This document shows positions 18,418 to 28,413 of a stretch of 64,000 bases of DNA, one piece after another. The notes under the pieces are model-generated. The model ran no database searches, was not told the origin of the DNA, and worked only from the letters and a program-made list of their open reading frames with translations. A program made the position numbers and the translations under genes. The first letter of the stretch is position 1. Each line of letters opens with the position of its first letter. This DNA comes from an uncultured Spirochaetaceae bacterium (GTDB taxonomy: Bacteria; Spirochaetota; Spirochaetia; SZUA-6; DRHE01): assembly GCA_964627715.1 (NCBI GenBank), contig CAZVHJ010000002.1:14109-78108 (forward strand), written 5' to 3'.

Positions 18418-21400
18418 ATGAATGGGTATTTAAAGAGAGCCTCTATATTCATTCTTCTCGTTAGCATTTCCTTTATCTTTTTGGATTGTAAGAATCCATT
18501 CACCCAGATTGGTCTTGGCGATAAGATCGACCTGGACGTACCTGAAATTTCGGTTACCAGCCACGGGAATGGAGACTACGTCAGGGGGGCGGTTACCCTA
18601 AGCGGAGAATATGCGGATGATATCGATGTAGATAGCATCCGGATTTCCATCGACGGGGGCTCCTTTGCCAATGCGACGCTGGCTAAAGACACCAGGACGT
18701 GGAGCTATTCCTTCGATACTACGACCTTGATCGATGGCGAGAAGGAGCTGGTGATCATCATCACCGATACCTCCCAAAAGGCCATTGAGAAGCGTCTGTT
18801 CTTATTCGTCGATAACGAACCGCCTCTGGTGTTAGTGAAGGTCCCCCAGGGCTACACTTCGAACGAGTTCAACGGAGATTTTTACATCAAGGGGGAGGCA
18901 GCCGACCAGTTCGGCGTGGCTTTGGTGCAGGTGGAGGTGCTCGACGGCTCCGGCGGCCAGGTGCAGGCGCCCAAGGACGCGGTCGGAACGAGCAGCTGGA
19001 GCTTTCTTTTCGATAGCAAGACCAAGAACTACCCTTCTGCGAATTACAACTTCAAGGTCACCGCCTTCGATAACTCTGGAAACACCAACTCCTATATCTA
19101 CCACTACGACGATGTATTCGCTGCCAATGGGAGCCAGAGCGTGACCGTGGAGCAGGTGAACTTGATCGATCAAGGGGGCACCGTAACGGGTATAACCCTC
19201 ACCCAGGCGGACCTGATTCCCATCAGGCTTGCGGAGATGATGCTCACGGTGGATCAGAACCTGGATCTGCCCGAGTTTATTATCAGCAACCCGGATGATA
19301 GCGTACCGGCGGATCAGAATATCCTATCTATTAATGCCAAGGCCATCGGCATGGTGCTCGACGACGACGGGGTCGACCCGGCCACGATCGAGGTCAGAAT
19401 CGCTGATGAGAATGAGGTTTGGGGCGCCTGGACACCGGTAAACCAAACCTTCGGCTCGGGCCTGTCTATACGCTGGCAGCACGATCTTTCCGGTCTGTCC
19501 GGAGGGCTTCACTACCTCCAGGTCAAAGCGGAGGATATTTACGGCAGCCAGAATACGAGTGGGAGTGGGGCCGGCTTGGGCTTTTACATCGATCTGGGAG
19601 TACCCACGGTGGAGGTGACTTCCCCCAGCCAGGGAAGCTACCAGAACGGCGCCTTTGTCATTCAGGGCGTTGCCGAGGATTCCGAAGGAGTGGCCAGTGT
19701 AAAGGTGAGCACCAATGGCGGCGCTGATTACTATGACGTCAACACATCTGATGGTTTCGCGCACTGGTCCTACACCGCCCCTGTTCCCGGAGACGGGCTG
19801 GCCGACGGCAACCGTACCATCAAGGTAATGGCCGAGGACACCGCGGGAAAGACGGGGTACACCAACCTTCAGGTGATCATCGACACCGAGGACCCGGCCG
19901 TATCCTTCCTGGTTCCTGCGAGCTCCAGCTCGGTGAACGGGGAAGTGCTGGTCAAGGGAACCGCTTCGGACAACACCCAGGTGACCAAAGTGGAGTTGAA
20001 GATCGGTAAGAGTGATCCCTGGATCGAGATGGCCGGAACCTATAACTGGGAGTACAGCCTCGACAGCGTGAGTTATGCCATCTCCGAGCACGCCGATGAG
20101 ACTCCCCCGGGAAGCGATGTCTGGAAGCTGAACATCCAGGCTAGGGCTACGGATGCTGCCGCTAATATAGCCACAATTAGCGATTACTATATTTTTATCG
20201 ACAACGACCTGGATAAGCCCACGGTCACGGTCATCTCCCCCAGCGACGGACAAAATCTGGGCGGGTCGGTACTGGTTTCCGGAACCGCCTTCGACGACGA
20301 TTTGGTGCACCATGTGGAGATGCAGCTGGAACTGAACGCCGACGGGGATTATCTGGACCAGATCGACCTGAATGGGGACCTGGACACCAACGACCCATTC
20401 GAAGAAGAAAGCCAGTGGTACCAGGTGAGCGGTACCACCCTCTGGACCCAGGAGCTCAACAACAGCGGCGAGCTGTACCAGACGGTGGCCGGTCACGACG
20501 GGGTCATCACGATTCGAGTTCGAGCCGTGGACACGAAGGACGGGATCAATCCCGACATCCCAGGCAACTACCAGGAGCTCAGTATCCACTTTGATGACAC
20601 GATCCCGAGGGTAGAAAACCTGAGCCACAGCTCCGGTGACTACGTCAAAGGGAATTTCACCCTGACGGGGGACGCACTGGACGACCAGCAGATCACCAGT
20701 ATTTCCATAAGCGATGACGGTGGAGTCAGTTATACGGACATCACCTCCGATCCGGTCTCCGTAACTCAAAACGCGGTGAATGACTACGACCTGCACATCC
20801 CCATCGACACCACGGCGATCACCAGCGGCATCTTTTACCTGCGCCTGAAGGTTGTGGACAACGCCAATTACCAGAAGCTGAACTACATCAACCTGAACGT
20901 GGACAATATCTACCCGACGGGAGCGTATACATTAGACAGCTCGAATATCTTTGGCAGCGGCGTTTTTTCCCGGGTGCAGGGAACGGCCGAAGATTCCGGC
21001 AGTGTCAGCGGGATTGAAGAGATCCATGTCTATTTTGTCCGGGCGGGTAACGTCTATAATCCCAAGCTGAACGATACAAAGACGGCGATAGGAAGCAAAG
21101 ATTTCGGGGACGGCAACGGCAGCGTTCCCTATACCACCGACACCAGCTACAAGATCATCATCGACAACCGCTACGAGCTGGGCGACGACGGTGGCGGAAA
21201 CGGTGATGGAGACGGCTACGACGAGTCGTTGACCGTATCCGGTTCCACCTACAATTGGTGGGCGGAGTTTGACTCCACCAACATCCCCGATGGTGTTCTG
21301 GACATACACTACGTGGTCTTCGATCGCGCCGGAAACGGCCACCACTACAGCCAGTCCGGATTCATCAAGAACAACAAGCCCACCATCACCAGCGTGGATG

Positions 21401-23706
21401 TTGGAAGCGACGTGGATATGAGCAATTTGGTAGAGGGGGATGAGCAGTTTCTCTACACCGAAGCGTTTACCGCCAGAAATCGGCTGTTCATACAGATCAA
21501 CGCAACCGATGATGATCTGCCGGGATTGGTCTACGAAGTCTACCACGATCCCAGCGGCTTCAATACCAAGGAGCTCGGTGCGGCATCGGGACAGTTTCCC
21601 ATAACCGCATCGCCGGAATACGATGATGGAGCAACGGAGTTCCTCTGCCGGGTTACGGACAGCGACGGTATCGTGGTGGAGACGAATATACTTGTCACTA
21701 TTGACAACGATGATGATGTTGATCCTGTGATTACGATAAACACTCTGAGCCAGAGCAATGTAGTGGCCGGACACCTCGAGCAAGACGGCGACAGCCTGCA
21801 CGATGGGACGGATCCTGATGTGAGTGGAACAATTACCTTGATTGGTACCAGCAGCGACGATCAACGGATTCAGTCGATCACCGTTACGATCGATGATTTT
21901 GATGCCGGTTCGGGAGCGGGGTTCGAGCACACCTTGGCCTCGTGGTCGGGAACCACCCTGGTATCCGATGTTCCGGCCAGTTTTGTGATCGACTCCCAGA
22001 CCCTAGATGAGGCCAACGGACATCAAATAAGCTGGAGCTATACCTGGAATACGGCCGATATTACCGGCTCGGCAAGAAACAACATCAACATCCTGTTCAG
22101 GGCGAACGATTTCAATCCGAATTCAGCTACCGATACCATGACTGTGGATGTTGTCCCTTATATTTCAGGGATTGAAAGGACGTTGACTACGCACCGATCC
22201 AAATATGGAAAATTTCAAGTCCAGGAGGGCGAAACGGGGATAACGATAAACGGCTACAATCTGGCCGAGACAGGTACAAATTGGGCCAGGGTCTATAATT
22301 CCGCCGGTGATGCCTACGACGACGTGATCGTCACCGCTTCCGGCTCACCCTACACCAGCTTTACCGTTTCCCTGGAAAATGTTGCTCACTCGGGTTGGCT
22401 GAGACTGGCGGTGAATGGTGTAGAGGCGATAAACAACAGCAATGACAACTCTCTGGACACCAACAAGGAAGACGACGGCAGCGGCATTGCCGGTACCAAA
22501 TGGACCGATGACAGATATCTGCGCGTCTGGGAGGTGGGAGACACATTCAATCAGAGCGGCGATCCTCAGCATCCGAGCATGAGCATTGATTCGAATGGGA
22601 CGCTGTATGGTTCCTGGACCAACAGCGCGGATGCTGAAACCTACTATGCAACACCAACGGCAGCTTCAAGAAACTCTATCTTTAACAAATATGATCCGCC
22701 GGAATATACCGATATCTATATCGATTCCAGCGATAACCTCAACATCGCCTACCTGGCCAACTATTTCAACGGGGCAGGCGTTTGGGGATTCTTGAGCATT
22801 TGGAACACTAATGCTCCGGTACAAAATGAATCGGGTTATAATCCCGTATACCTGTTCGAGTGGTTGGGCGACGATGACATGCTGTATCAATTCCAGAGAC
22901 CCCGGATCGTCCGCAGCGGCAATAACTTACACATGGCGTATTACGATATGAACGAAAAAACGATGAAATACGCTTATGTGTTGAACGGAGATAGTACAAC
23001 TGGCAATGAAAACAACGGCGCTGGAGCCCACCCCCATCTGAATCTGGACGGCGGGGAAGCCCAACCCGCGGGCAACGGACAATCGGGACCTTTGACTGCA
23101 CTGGCAGGGGAGTACGTGGCAATCGACGTCGATGAGAACGGCCGTCCGGTGATCATGTACTACGATATCTCCAATCAAACCTTGAAACTGGCCTATTCCG
23201 ATTCTGCGATCCCTACTGCCTACACGAACTGGACGATCCAGACGGTGTTCAGAGCCGATGACCCCAACAGAAGCTTTGTGGGCAAATACATAACCATGAA
23301 AATAGATTCTGGCGGCAATATCCATGCAGCCTGCAGCAGAACATCATCAGGGAGCCTGATATACCTGTACGCCCCGGATGCGGACGGCGTCGATTACACT
23401 TTCGATTATAGTACGGAGGTTGATGCTGAAGGTGCAGTGGGGACCTGGGCGGATATTACCTTGAATGGAAGCACTCCCTACATATCTTATCTGAACAATT
23501 CCATGATAGGAACGTTTGAGGGGTTGAAAATGGCCTATTACGATGGGAGTCTCGGCGATTGGGAGTACGAAATCGCCCCGATCATCACAGGAATTACTGA
23601 CAATCGAACAAACCTGGAATATAGGACGGGAGCTGCGGGTTGGCTGATTGCCATAGGATACGCGAGTAATAACTTCGATATCGTATATCTGGAACCCGAG
23701 GAATAG
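18418..23706 (+). CDS. giant secreted/lipoprotein surface protein (1762 aa): N-terminal signal, at least 5 tandem bacterial Ig-like domains, a calcium-binding-like D/N-rich segment, C-terminal beta-propeller-like repeats
   Basis: Signal MNGYLKRASIFILLVSISFIFLDC. Repeated units of the form G-x-V-x-L-x-G-x-A-x-D-x-x-x-V-x-x-V-x-V-x-x-DGG ... W-x-Y-x-F-D-T/S. C-terminal repeats with x-I-x-Y-Y-D-x-x-N-x-x-L-K-x-A-Y signature (LHMAYYDMNEKTMKYAY, PVIMYYDISNQTLKLAY, KMAYYDG). Confidence 0.8.
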   Translation: MNGYLKRASIFILLVSISFIFLDCKNPFTQIGLGDKIDLDVPEISVTSHGNGDYVRGAVTLSGEYADDIDVDSIRISIDGGSFANATLAKDTRTWSYSFDTTTLIDGEKELVIIITDTSQKAIEKRLFLFVDNEPPLVLVKVPQGYTSNEFNGDFYIKGEAADQFGVALVQVEVLDGSGGQVQAPKDAVGTSSWSFLFDSKTKNYPSANYNFKVTAFDNSGNTNSYIYHYDDVFAANGSQSVTVEQVNLIDQGGTVTGITLTQADLIPIRLAEMMLTVDQNLDLPEFIISNPDDSVPADQNILSINAKAIGMVLDDDGVDPATIEVRIADENEVWGAWTPVNQTFGSGLSIRWQHDLSGLSGGLHYLQVKAEDIYGSQNTSGSGAGLGFYIDLGVPTVEVTSPSQGSYQNGAFVIQGVAEDSEGVASVKVSTNGGADYYDVNTSDGFAHWSYTAPVPGDGLADGNRTIKVMAEDTAGKTGYTNLQVIIDTEDPAVSFLVPASSSSVNGEVLVKGTASDNTQVTKVELKIGKSDPWIEMAGTYNWEYSLDSVSYAISEHADETPPGSDVWKLNIQARATDAAANIATISDYYIFIDNDLDKPTVTVISPSDGQNLGGSVLVSGTAFDDDLVHHVEMQLELNADGDYLDQIDLNGDLDTNDPFEEESQWYQVSGTTLWTQELNNSGELYQTVAGHDGVITIRVRAVDTKDGINPDIPGNYQELSIHFDDTIPRVENLSHSSGDYVKGNFTLTGDALDDQQITSISISDDGGVSYTDITSDPVSVTQNAVNDYDLHIPIDTTAITSGIFYLRLKVVDNANYQKLNYINLNVDNIYPTGAYTLDSSNIFGSGVFSRVQGTAEDSGSVSGIEEIHVYFVRAGNVYNPKLNDTKTAIGSKDFGDGNGSVPYTTDTSYKIIIDNRYELGDDGGGNGDGDGYDESLTVSGSTYNWWAEFDSTNIPDGVLDIHYVVFDRAGNGHHYSQSGFIKNNKPTITSVDVGSDVDMSNLVEGDEQFLYTEAFTARNRLFIQINATDDDLPGLVYEVYHDPSGFNTKELGAASGQFPITASPEYDDGATEFLCRVTDSDGIVVETNILVTIDNDDDVDPVITINTLSQSNVVAGHLEQDGDSLHDGTDPDVSGTITLIGTSSDDQRIQSITVTIDDFDAGSGAGFEHTLASWSGTTLVSDVPASFVIDSQTLDEANGHQISWSYTWNTADITGSARNNINILFRANDFNPNSATDTMTVDVVPYISGIERTLTTHRSKYGKFQVQEGETGITINGYNLAETGTNWARVYNSAGDAYDDVIVTASGSPYTSFTVSLENVAHSGWLRLAVNGVEAINNSNDNSLDTNKEDDGSGIAGTKWTDDRYLRVWEVGDTFNQSGDPQHPSMSIDSNGTLYGSWTNSADAETYYATPTAASRNSIFNKYDPPEYTDIYIDSSDNLNIAYLANYFNGAGVWGFLSIWNTNAPVQNESGYNPVYLFEWLGDDDMLYQFQRPRIVRSGNNLHMAYYDMNEKTMKYAYVLNGDSTTGNENNGAGAHPHLNLDGGEAQPAGNGQSGPLTALAGEYVAIDVDENGRPVIMYYDISNQTLKLAYSDSAIPTAYTNWTIQTVFRADDPNRSFVGKYITMKIDSGGNIHAACSRTSSGSLIYLYAPDADGVDYTFDYSTEVDAEGAVGTWADITLNGSTPYISYLNNSMIGTFEGLKMAYYDGSLGDWEYEIAPIITGITDNRTNLEYRTGAAGWLIAIGYASNNFDIVYLEPEE

Positions 23707-23722
23707 GCGAGTAGGAGTAAGG

Positions 23723-26700
23723 ATGAAGCAACGTACGCCGCTACTCATAGTCTCATTCTTCCTGGCCGCAAGCTTCGCCCTGTTCGGTCTGGGCGATCCG
23801 GAAGCGGGAGAGTATCAACCTGTAGAAGGCCTGGAGAACTGGGACCGCAGTATCGATCTTTCCGAATACGAGGAGGGGAAGTACAATCTTATAATCCGTG
23901 GCACCGATGCTGCAGGCAATTTTCGCTACGAGGGTCCCTATAATATTTTCGTGGATCCCTCCTCCGATCTGCCTGTTGTACGGATCTCCAATCCGGTTCC
24001 TGGTATGCGCGTCGGGGGTAGTTTGAACGTAGTCGGGGCCTGCCTCGATGATGACGGGGTGCAGCGGGTCGAGCTCCAGCTCGATGAGGGCGAGACTCGT
24101 ATTGCCGAAGGTGCAGGGTTTTGGTCTCTGCGGCTCGATCTCGAGGGACTGACCGACGGCGAGCATACAATACAGGCGTGGGGGGTCGATATCAACGGAA
24201 ATCCCGGCGAACCCCAGTTGGTCCGCTTCCATCTCGATCGGCGTGCCCCGGCCGTACAGATTACCTCCCACGAGAGCGGCGCTCTGGTTTCCGGAAAGGT
24301 ACTGCTCGAGGGGACGGTCACCGATTCGAACGGTGTTAAAGAGTTGGGATACAGCAGGCAGCGGGACGGTGCCTACCACACTCTCAAGCTGTTTTATGAA
24401 AAATCGGAGAACAGATACGCATACGAGCTGCGGCTAGACACCGAAGAGCTGGAAGACGGCCCGCAGGTTCTTTGGTTTCGCGCCGAAGATACCACCGGAT
24501 CAATAGCCTATATGGCTTTTCTCCTGTTCGTGAATAATGAGGAGCCGGTGCTCGAGATTCTCTCTCCTCAGCCGGAGGACACGGTAAACGGCAGACTCAT
24601 GGTGGTGGGTAAGGCCTACGATCGCATCGGTTTGAAATCTCTGTCCTACGAAGTAGGCGGAGGGGAGAGCGGGGAGGTCGCACTGGTTCTGGGAAATCCC
24701 TTCTGGATTCAGGAATTCGATCTGAGGGACAGGAAAGCGGGAGCACTGCAGATCAGTTTTACCCTTGAAAACCTCACGGGCAATCAGAGGACCGAAAGGC
24801 TGAAAGTTCGGGTCGACCCTGAGGTTGGCAAGCCCCGGGTGGTGATCGCCGTTCCGGGGGAAGACTCCCAAATAGCCGATAGTTCTGCAGTGATTGGCTA
24901 CATCAGGGATGAGGACGGCGGCAAGAGTGTAGAATATACCGTTGACGGAGCGGGTCCCGAGACTGTGGCCGCAGCCGACGCCTTCCGTTTCGATCTGGGC
25001 AATCTTGCGCCGGGGCGGCACATGTTGAGTGTTCGAGCAACGGATATCCACGGATCGATTGGGGACGCCGAAAAAATCCAATTCACAGTGCTCGCTGCGG
25101 CGCCCAGCATATCTCTGACCGAGGTCGTTGTCGCAGAGGAGGTAGAGGTCTACGTTCCTGGATTTCTTGTCCCCACTGACCAGAAAGCAAAACTCAGTGG
25201 GGAGATTCACTTTTCCGGATCATCCGCAACGGCCGAGTACAGCCTCCAGGGTGGCGAGTTCAAACGCTTGTCGCTGCGCAAGAGCTCCGATCCGCATATG
25301 CAGCTGTTCGAGATCCCCCTCGGAAAGGAGCTCGCTCCCGGAAGGGTGGATGTGCGTATCCGCTGCACGGACAGCTTCGGGAGTTCAGGCGAGTATGCCG
25401 GATTTGTGTTTCTCGGTAATGCCGATGGGTCGGGAGACGAGATCCTGTTCGTGGATGCCCGCGTTGGGGAGGACGGGAGTGTCATGCTTGACGAGGGCCG
25501 GCCCCTGTTCGGGTATGTGCCCGGAGATCCGATAGGTTCTGTGACTCTGGATCCCCCCACGGATCTTGTGAGTGCCCGGGGGGAGGGTTCTCTCGTACGC
25601 ATCGAAGCGGAGGCATCAGGCATAAGTGAGCCCTTGCGCATCAAGGTTTCTACGGATGGGGGACGAACAGTGCTGTCGCGGCCGCTTCGGTTTGTAACCG
25701 ATAACGAGCCACCAAGTATCTCTGTGAGCGAACCAACAGTGGGAGCATGGTTCGCAAACAGCTTCACGATCGCAGGAACTGTGACGGATACAAGTGGTGT
25801 CGAGAGCCTCGAGTACACTCTTGGCGAGGGTATGCCTTTTACAGAAATTGAAACGACTGAAACAGAGGGGGCTTTGAGTTTCTCGAAATCTCTGTCCTCT
25901 GGCGCTTCTGTGGATGGACCGATCCTTCTTATCCTTCGGGCTACAGATTCCGCCGGTAACGTAGTCCTGGAACATATTCCCCTCTATAAGGACACCACCG
26001 CGCCTGTGTTGACGATGATCGCGCCGGGTGCCGAGGATGAGTTAAACGGGCAAATCACGCTGGTCGGACAAGTCGAAGATGCGGGAAGGATTGTCCGGAT
26101 TGAATTGAGCGACGATGACGGCACGTTTGAAGAAATCGGATCCGGCAACAGTTTTCGCCACGATCTGAACCTTTCGGAATACGAATCGCTTCCGCAGAGC
26201 TTCCGCTTGAGAGCGGTGGACGCGGCAGGCAATGAGGGATTCCTCGTACCAACGCTGGCCGTCAACCCAGAGGCGGACAAACCCGTTGTGGAGATACAGG
26301 TTCCCGGTGCGGGAGAGGTAATCAAGAATGACTTCACAGCATCGGGGATGGTTTTTGATGACGACCAGGTGGGAGCTATCTCTTACAGTCTCGACGGCGG
26401 GGAGTTTCGTGAGTTGCCGGCGGGAAACAATTTCAGTATTCCTCTGTTCATCGAGAGCCTCAGCGATAATGAACATATCGTAGAAGTGAGGGCAGAAGAC
26501 ATCGGAGGGCTTTCCAGCGAAGTAGCCTCTTCGACGTTTATGGTTTCCACCTCGGAACCGGAGTCCGTTCTCTCCGAACCGAGCATCAGCGAACACGTGC
26601 GAGGTGTTATTGAACTAGCAGGTGAGAGCGATGATCCCAACGGAATTGCGAGGGTTCTCGTATCCTTGGACAACGGGCATAGTTTCCAATCGATGGAGGG

Positions 26701-28384
26701 GACTGAACAGTGGCGCTACAGGCTGGATACGAAGCTTATGGCCGACGGTACGCATGCCGTCCTGATCAAAGCGGTGGATAACACAGGGACCGAAGGCCTT
26801 TTTACCTCTACGATCAATATCGACAACCGGGCTCCCCAGATCGTTCTTGACACCCCCTCAGACGGCGAAGTATTTACTCAAGTACTACATCTGGACGGCA
26901 GAGCTACCGACAATATGGGGCTTACGGTTCTGAATGCCCGATTGATTCCTGCCTCGGCGGTTGCGGGTCTCGAAGACGGAAGTGTGGAGTTCGCCCTGTC
27001 GACCGACGGCATCATAGTCCAGGAACTCGATATCGAGAACCTGCCGGCGGGCTGGTATAATCTCAGTCTGGAGGCGGCGGATGCTGCGGGGAACGAGAGT
27101 TACCTGTCCCGAAACATTCTGGTAAAGAAATCCCTCGAAGCGGAGCGGATCGATCTGATGTTTCCCCCAGCCGGTGCGGAAATAGCGGGAAGCTTTACAA
27201 TCAGCGGCAAAGTTGTGTCGGAGGCAAATATAGCCAGCGCCGTGATTTCTATCGATGGAGTTGTTATCGATAGCGCCGAGGTGGATCAGAAAGGCTTCTT
27301 TTCCCTTACCATTGGACCGGAAAGTCTTCAAGAGGGATTGCACACGTTGCAAGTTCAGGCTCCCTTGCCTGGAAGCTTGCCGCTGCTCTCGGAAGAGCGG
27401 AAAATACAGTACCTGCGCATGGGACCGTGGGTGCAAATCACGAATCCCTCCCTGGGAACCTTCGTTACCGGGCGTCCCTATCTGGAGGGCCAGGCTGGGT
27501 ATTACCTCGAGGCAGTCGATCCTGAGGAGGAACAATCGGCCAAGGACCGTAAACGGGACGCGGCTGGGTATGCAGTTCAAAAGGTCGAAGTCAGTTTTGA
27601 CAATGGAAATACGTTTCAGCGGGCAGACGGCAAAGAATCCTGGCGTTTCCGGTTGGAAACTCAAGGCTTGGCAAACGGGCCGCTGCGCGTCCTGGTCAGA
27701 GCCACCTTTGCCGACGGAGCCGCTGCAGTGACAAAAACACAGCTTCAGGTTGACACCAGACCGCCGGAGATCACTCTATTGAGTCCTGAAGAGGGAGAGA
27801 GGTTCAATCAAGAGGTACACCTTCGGGGGACCGCCGCTGATGAAACAGGTCTCGAGAGCGTGGAGATCAGCTTGAGGGAAGGCGATAAGAGTCGCTACGA
27901 TGTCCCTGAGTTCATCCAGGGCTTGTACCTCGATGTTCACGCGATGGGCGCCACCTACGCTGATCTCGGGTTGGGATTGAGTTTTTTCGACGACAATGTG
28001 AAACTGCAGGTTCAGGTGGGAATGTCACCTACCGGACGCTTCTCCGGGCTGGTACTCGGAGCCAAGCTGCTCGCCAATATTGCCACCATTCCGTTCAGCT
28101 ATTTCTTCGGACCCTCGTGGGACTTTTTCTCCGTTGCCTTTGCCCTTGGCGCCAACTTTTCCTATTTCACGATGTCCGAGGACAGTATTGCTTTTACGGA
28201 TGAAGGTCTGGTATTGGCCGGGGTGGTGAGCCAGCTCGAATTTGCCCGTTTCGAAATCCCTGGCTGGCGTTTCTTCAACACCTACTCCCTCTATTCAGAG
28301 TTGCAGCTGTGGTTTATTTCCTCTGATGTCGAAGCCGGTCTGACTGCCCGCATCAGCTTTGGTTTTCGGATGGGGCTGTTATAG
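23723..28384 (+). CDS. giant secreted protein (1553 aa): signal peptide, about 10 tandem Ig-like domains of the same family as the upstream gene, C-terminal amphipathic beta-strand-rich (beta-barrel-like) anchor of about 170-190 aa
   Basis: Signal MKQRTPLLIVSFFLAASFALFGLG. Repeats such as GSLNVVGACLDDDGVQRVELQLDEGE...WSLRLDLEGL, GKVLLEGTVTDSNGVKELGYS, GRLMVVGKAYDRIGLKSLSYEVGGGE. Last ~180 aa show alternating hydrophobic residues (LQVQVGMS, FSVAFALGANFSYF, LVLAGVVSQLEF, RISFGFRMGLL). Starts 16 nt after the upstream gene. Confidence 0.8.
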   Translation: MKQRTPLLIVSFFLAASFALFGLGDPEAGEYQPVEGLENWDRSIDLSEYEEGKYNLIIRGTDAAGNFRYEGPYNIFVDPSSDLPVVRISNPVPGMRVGGSLNVVGACLDDDGVQRVELQLDEGETRIAEGAGFWSLRLDLEGLTDGEHTIQAWGVDINGNPGEPQLVRFHLDRRAPAVQITSHESGALVSGKVLLEGTVTDSNGVKELGYSRQRDGAYHTLKLFYEKSENRYAYELRLDTEELEDGPQVLWFRAEDTTGSIAYMAFLLFVNNEEPVLEILSPQPEDTVNGRLMVVGKAYDRIGLKSLSYEVGGGESGEVALVLGNPFWIQEFDLRDRKAGALQISFTLENLTGNQRTERLKVRVDPEVGKPRVVIAVPGEDSQIADSSAVIGYIRDEDGGKSVEYTVDGAGPETVAAADAFRFDLGNLAPGRHMLSVRATDIHGSIGDAEKIQFTVLAAAPSISLTEVVVAEEVEVYVPGFLVPTDQKAKLSGEIHFSGSSATAEYSLQGGEFKRLSLRKSSDPHMQLFEIPLGKELAPGRVDVRIRCTDSFGSSGEYAGFVFLGNADGSGDEILFVDARVGEDGSVMLDEGRPLFGYVPGDPIGSVTLDPPTDLVSARGEGSLVRIEAEASGISEPLRIKVSTDGGRTVLSRPLRFVTDNEPPSISVSEPTVGAWFANSFTIAGTVTDTSGVESLEYTLGEGMPFTEIETTETEGALSFSKSLSSGASVDGPILLILRATDSAGNVVLEHIPLYKDTTAPVLTMIAPGAEDELNGQITLVGQVEDAGRIVRIELSDDDGTFEEIGSGNSFRHDLNLSEYESLPQSFRLRAVDAAGNEGFLVPTLAVNPEADKPVVEIQVPGAGEVIKNDFTASGMVFDDDQVGAISYSLDGGEFRELPAGNNFSIPLFIESLSDNEHIVEVRAEDIGGLSSEVASSTFMVSTSEPESVLSEPSISEHVRGVIELAGESDDPNGIARVLVSLDNGHSFQSMEGTEQWRYRLDTKLMADGTHAVLIKAVDNTGTEGLFTSTINIDNRAPQIVLDTPSDGEVFTQVLHLDGRATDNMGLTVLNARLIPASAVAGLEDGSVEFALSTDGIIVQELDIENLPAGWYNLSLEAADAAGNESYLSRNILVKKSLEAERIDLMFPPAGAEIAGSFTISGKVVSEANIASAVISIDGVVIDSAEVDQKGFFSLTIGPESLQEGLHTLQVQAPLPGSLPLLSEERKIQYLRMGPWVQITNPSLGTFVTGRPYLEGQAGYYLEAVDPEEEQSAKDRKRDAAGYAVQKVEVSFDNGNTFQRADGKESWRFRLETQGLANGPLRVLVRATFADGAAAVTKTQLQVDTRPPEITLLSPEEGERFNQEVHLRGTAADETGLESVEISLREGDKSRYDVPEFIQGLYLDVHAMGATYADLGLGLSFFDDNVKLQVQVGMSPTGRFSGLVLGAKLLANIATIPFSYFFGPSWDFFSVAFALGANFSYFTMSEDSIAFTDEGLVLAGVVSQLEFARFEIPGWRFFNTYSLYSELQLWFISSDVEAGLTARISFGFRMGLL

Positions 28385-28413
28385 TTTCTTCGCAAGCGAT
28401 ATAATCTGTCGGC

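Noticed and set aside
19324-21930. Long antisense ORFs (490 aa, 332 aa) inside the first giant surface-protein gene
   Set aside because: The sense frame carries repeated Ig-like domains and a signal peptide. The antisense ORFs are low-complexity (V/G/D-rich) artefacts of high GC.
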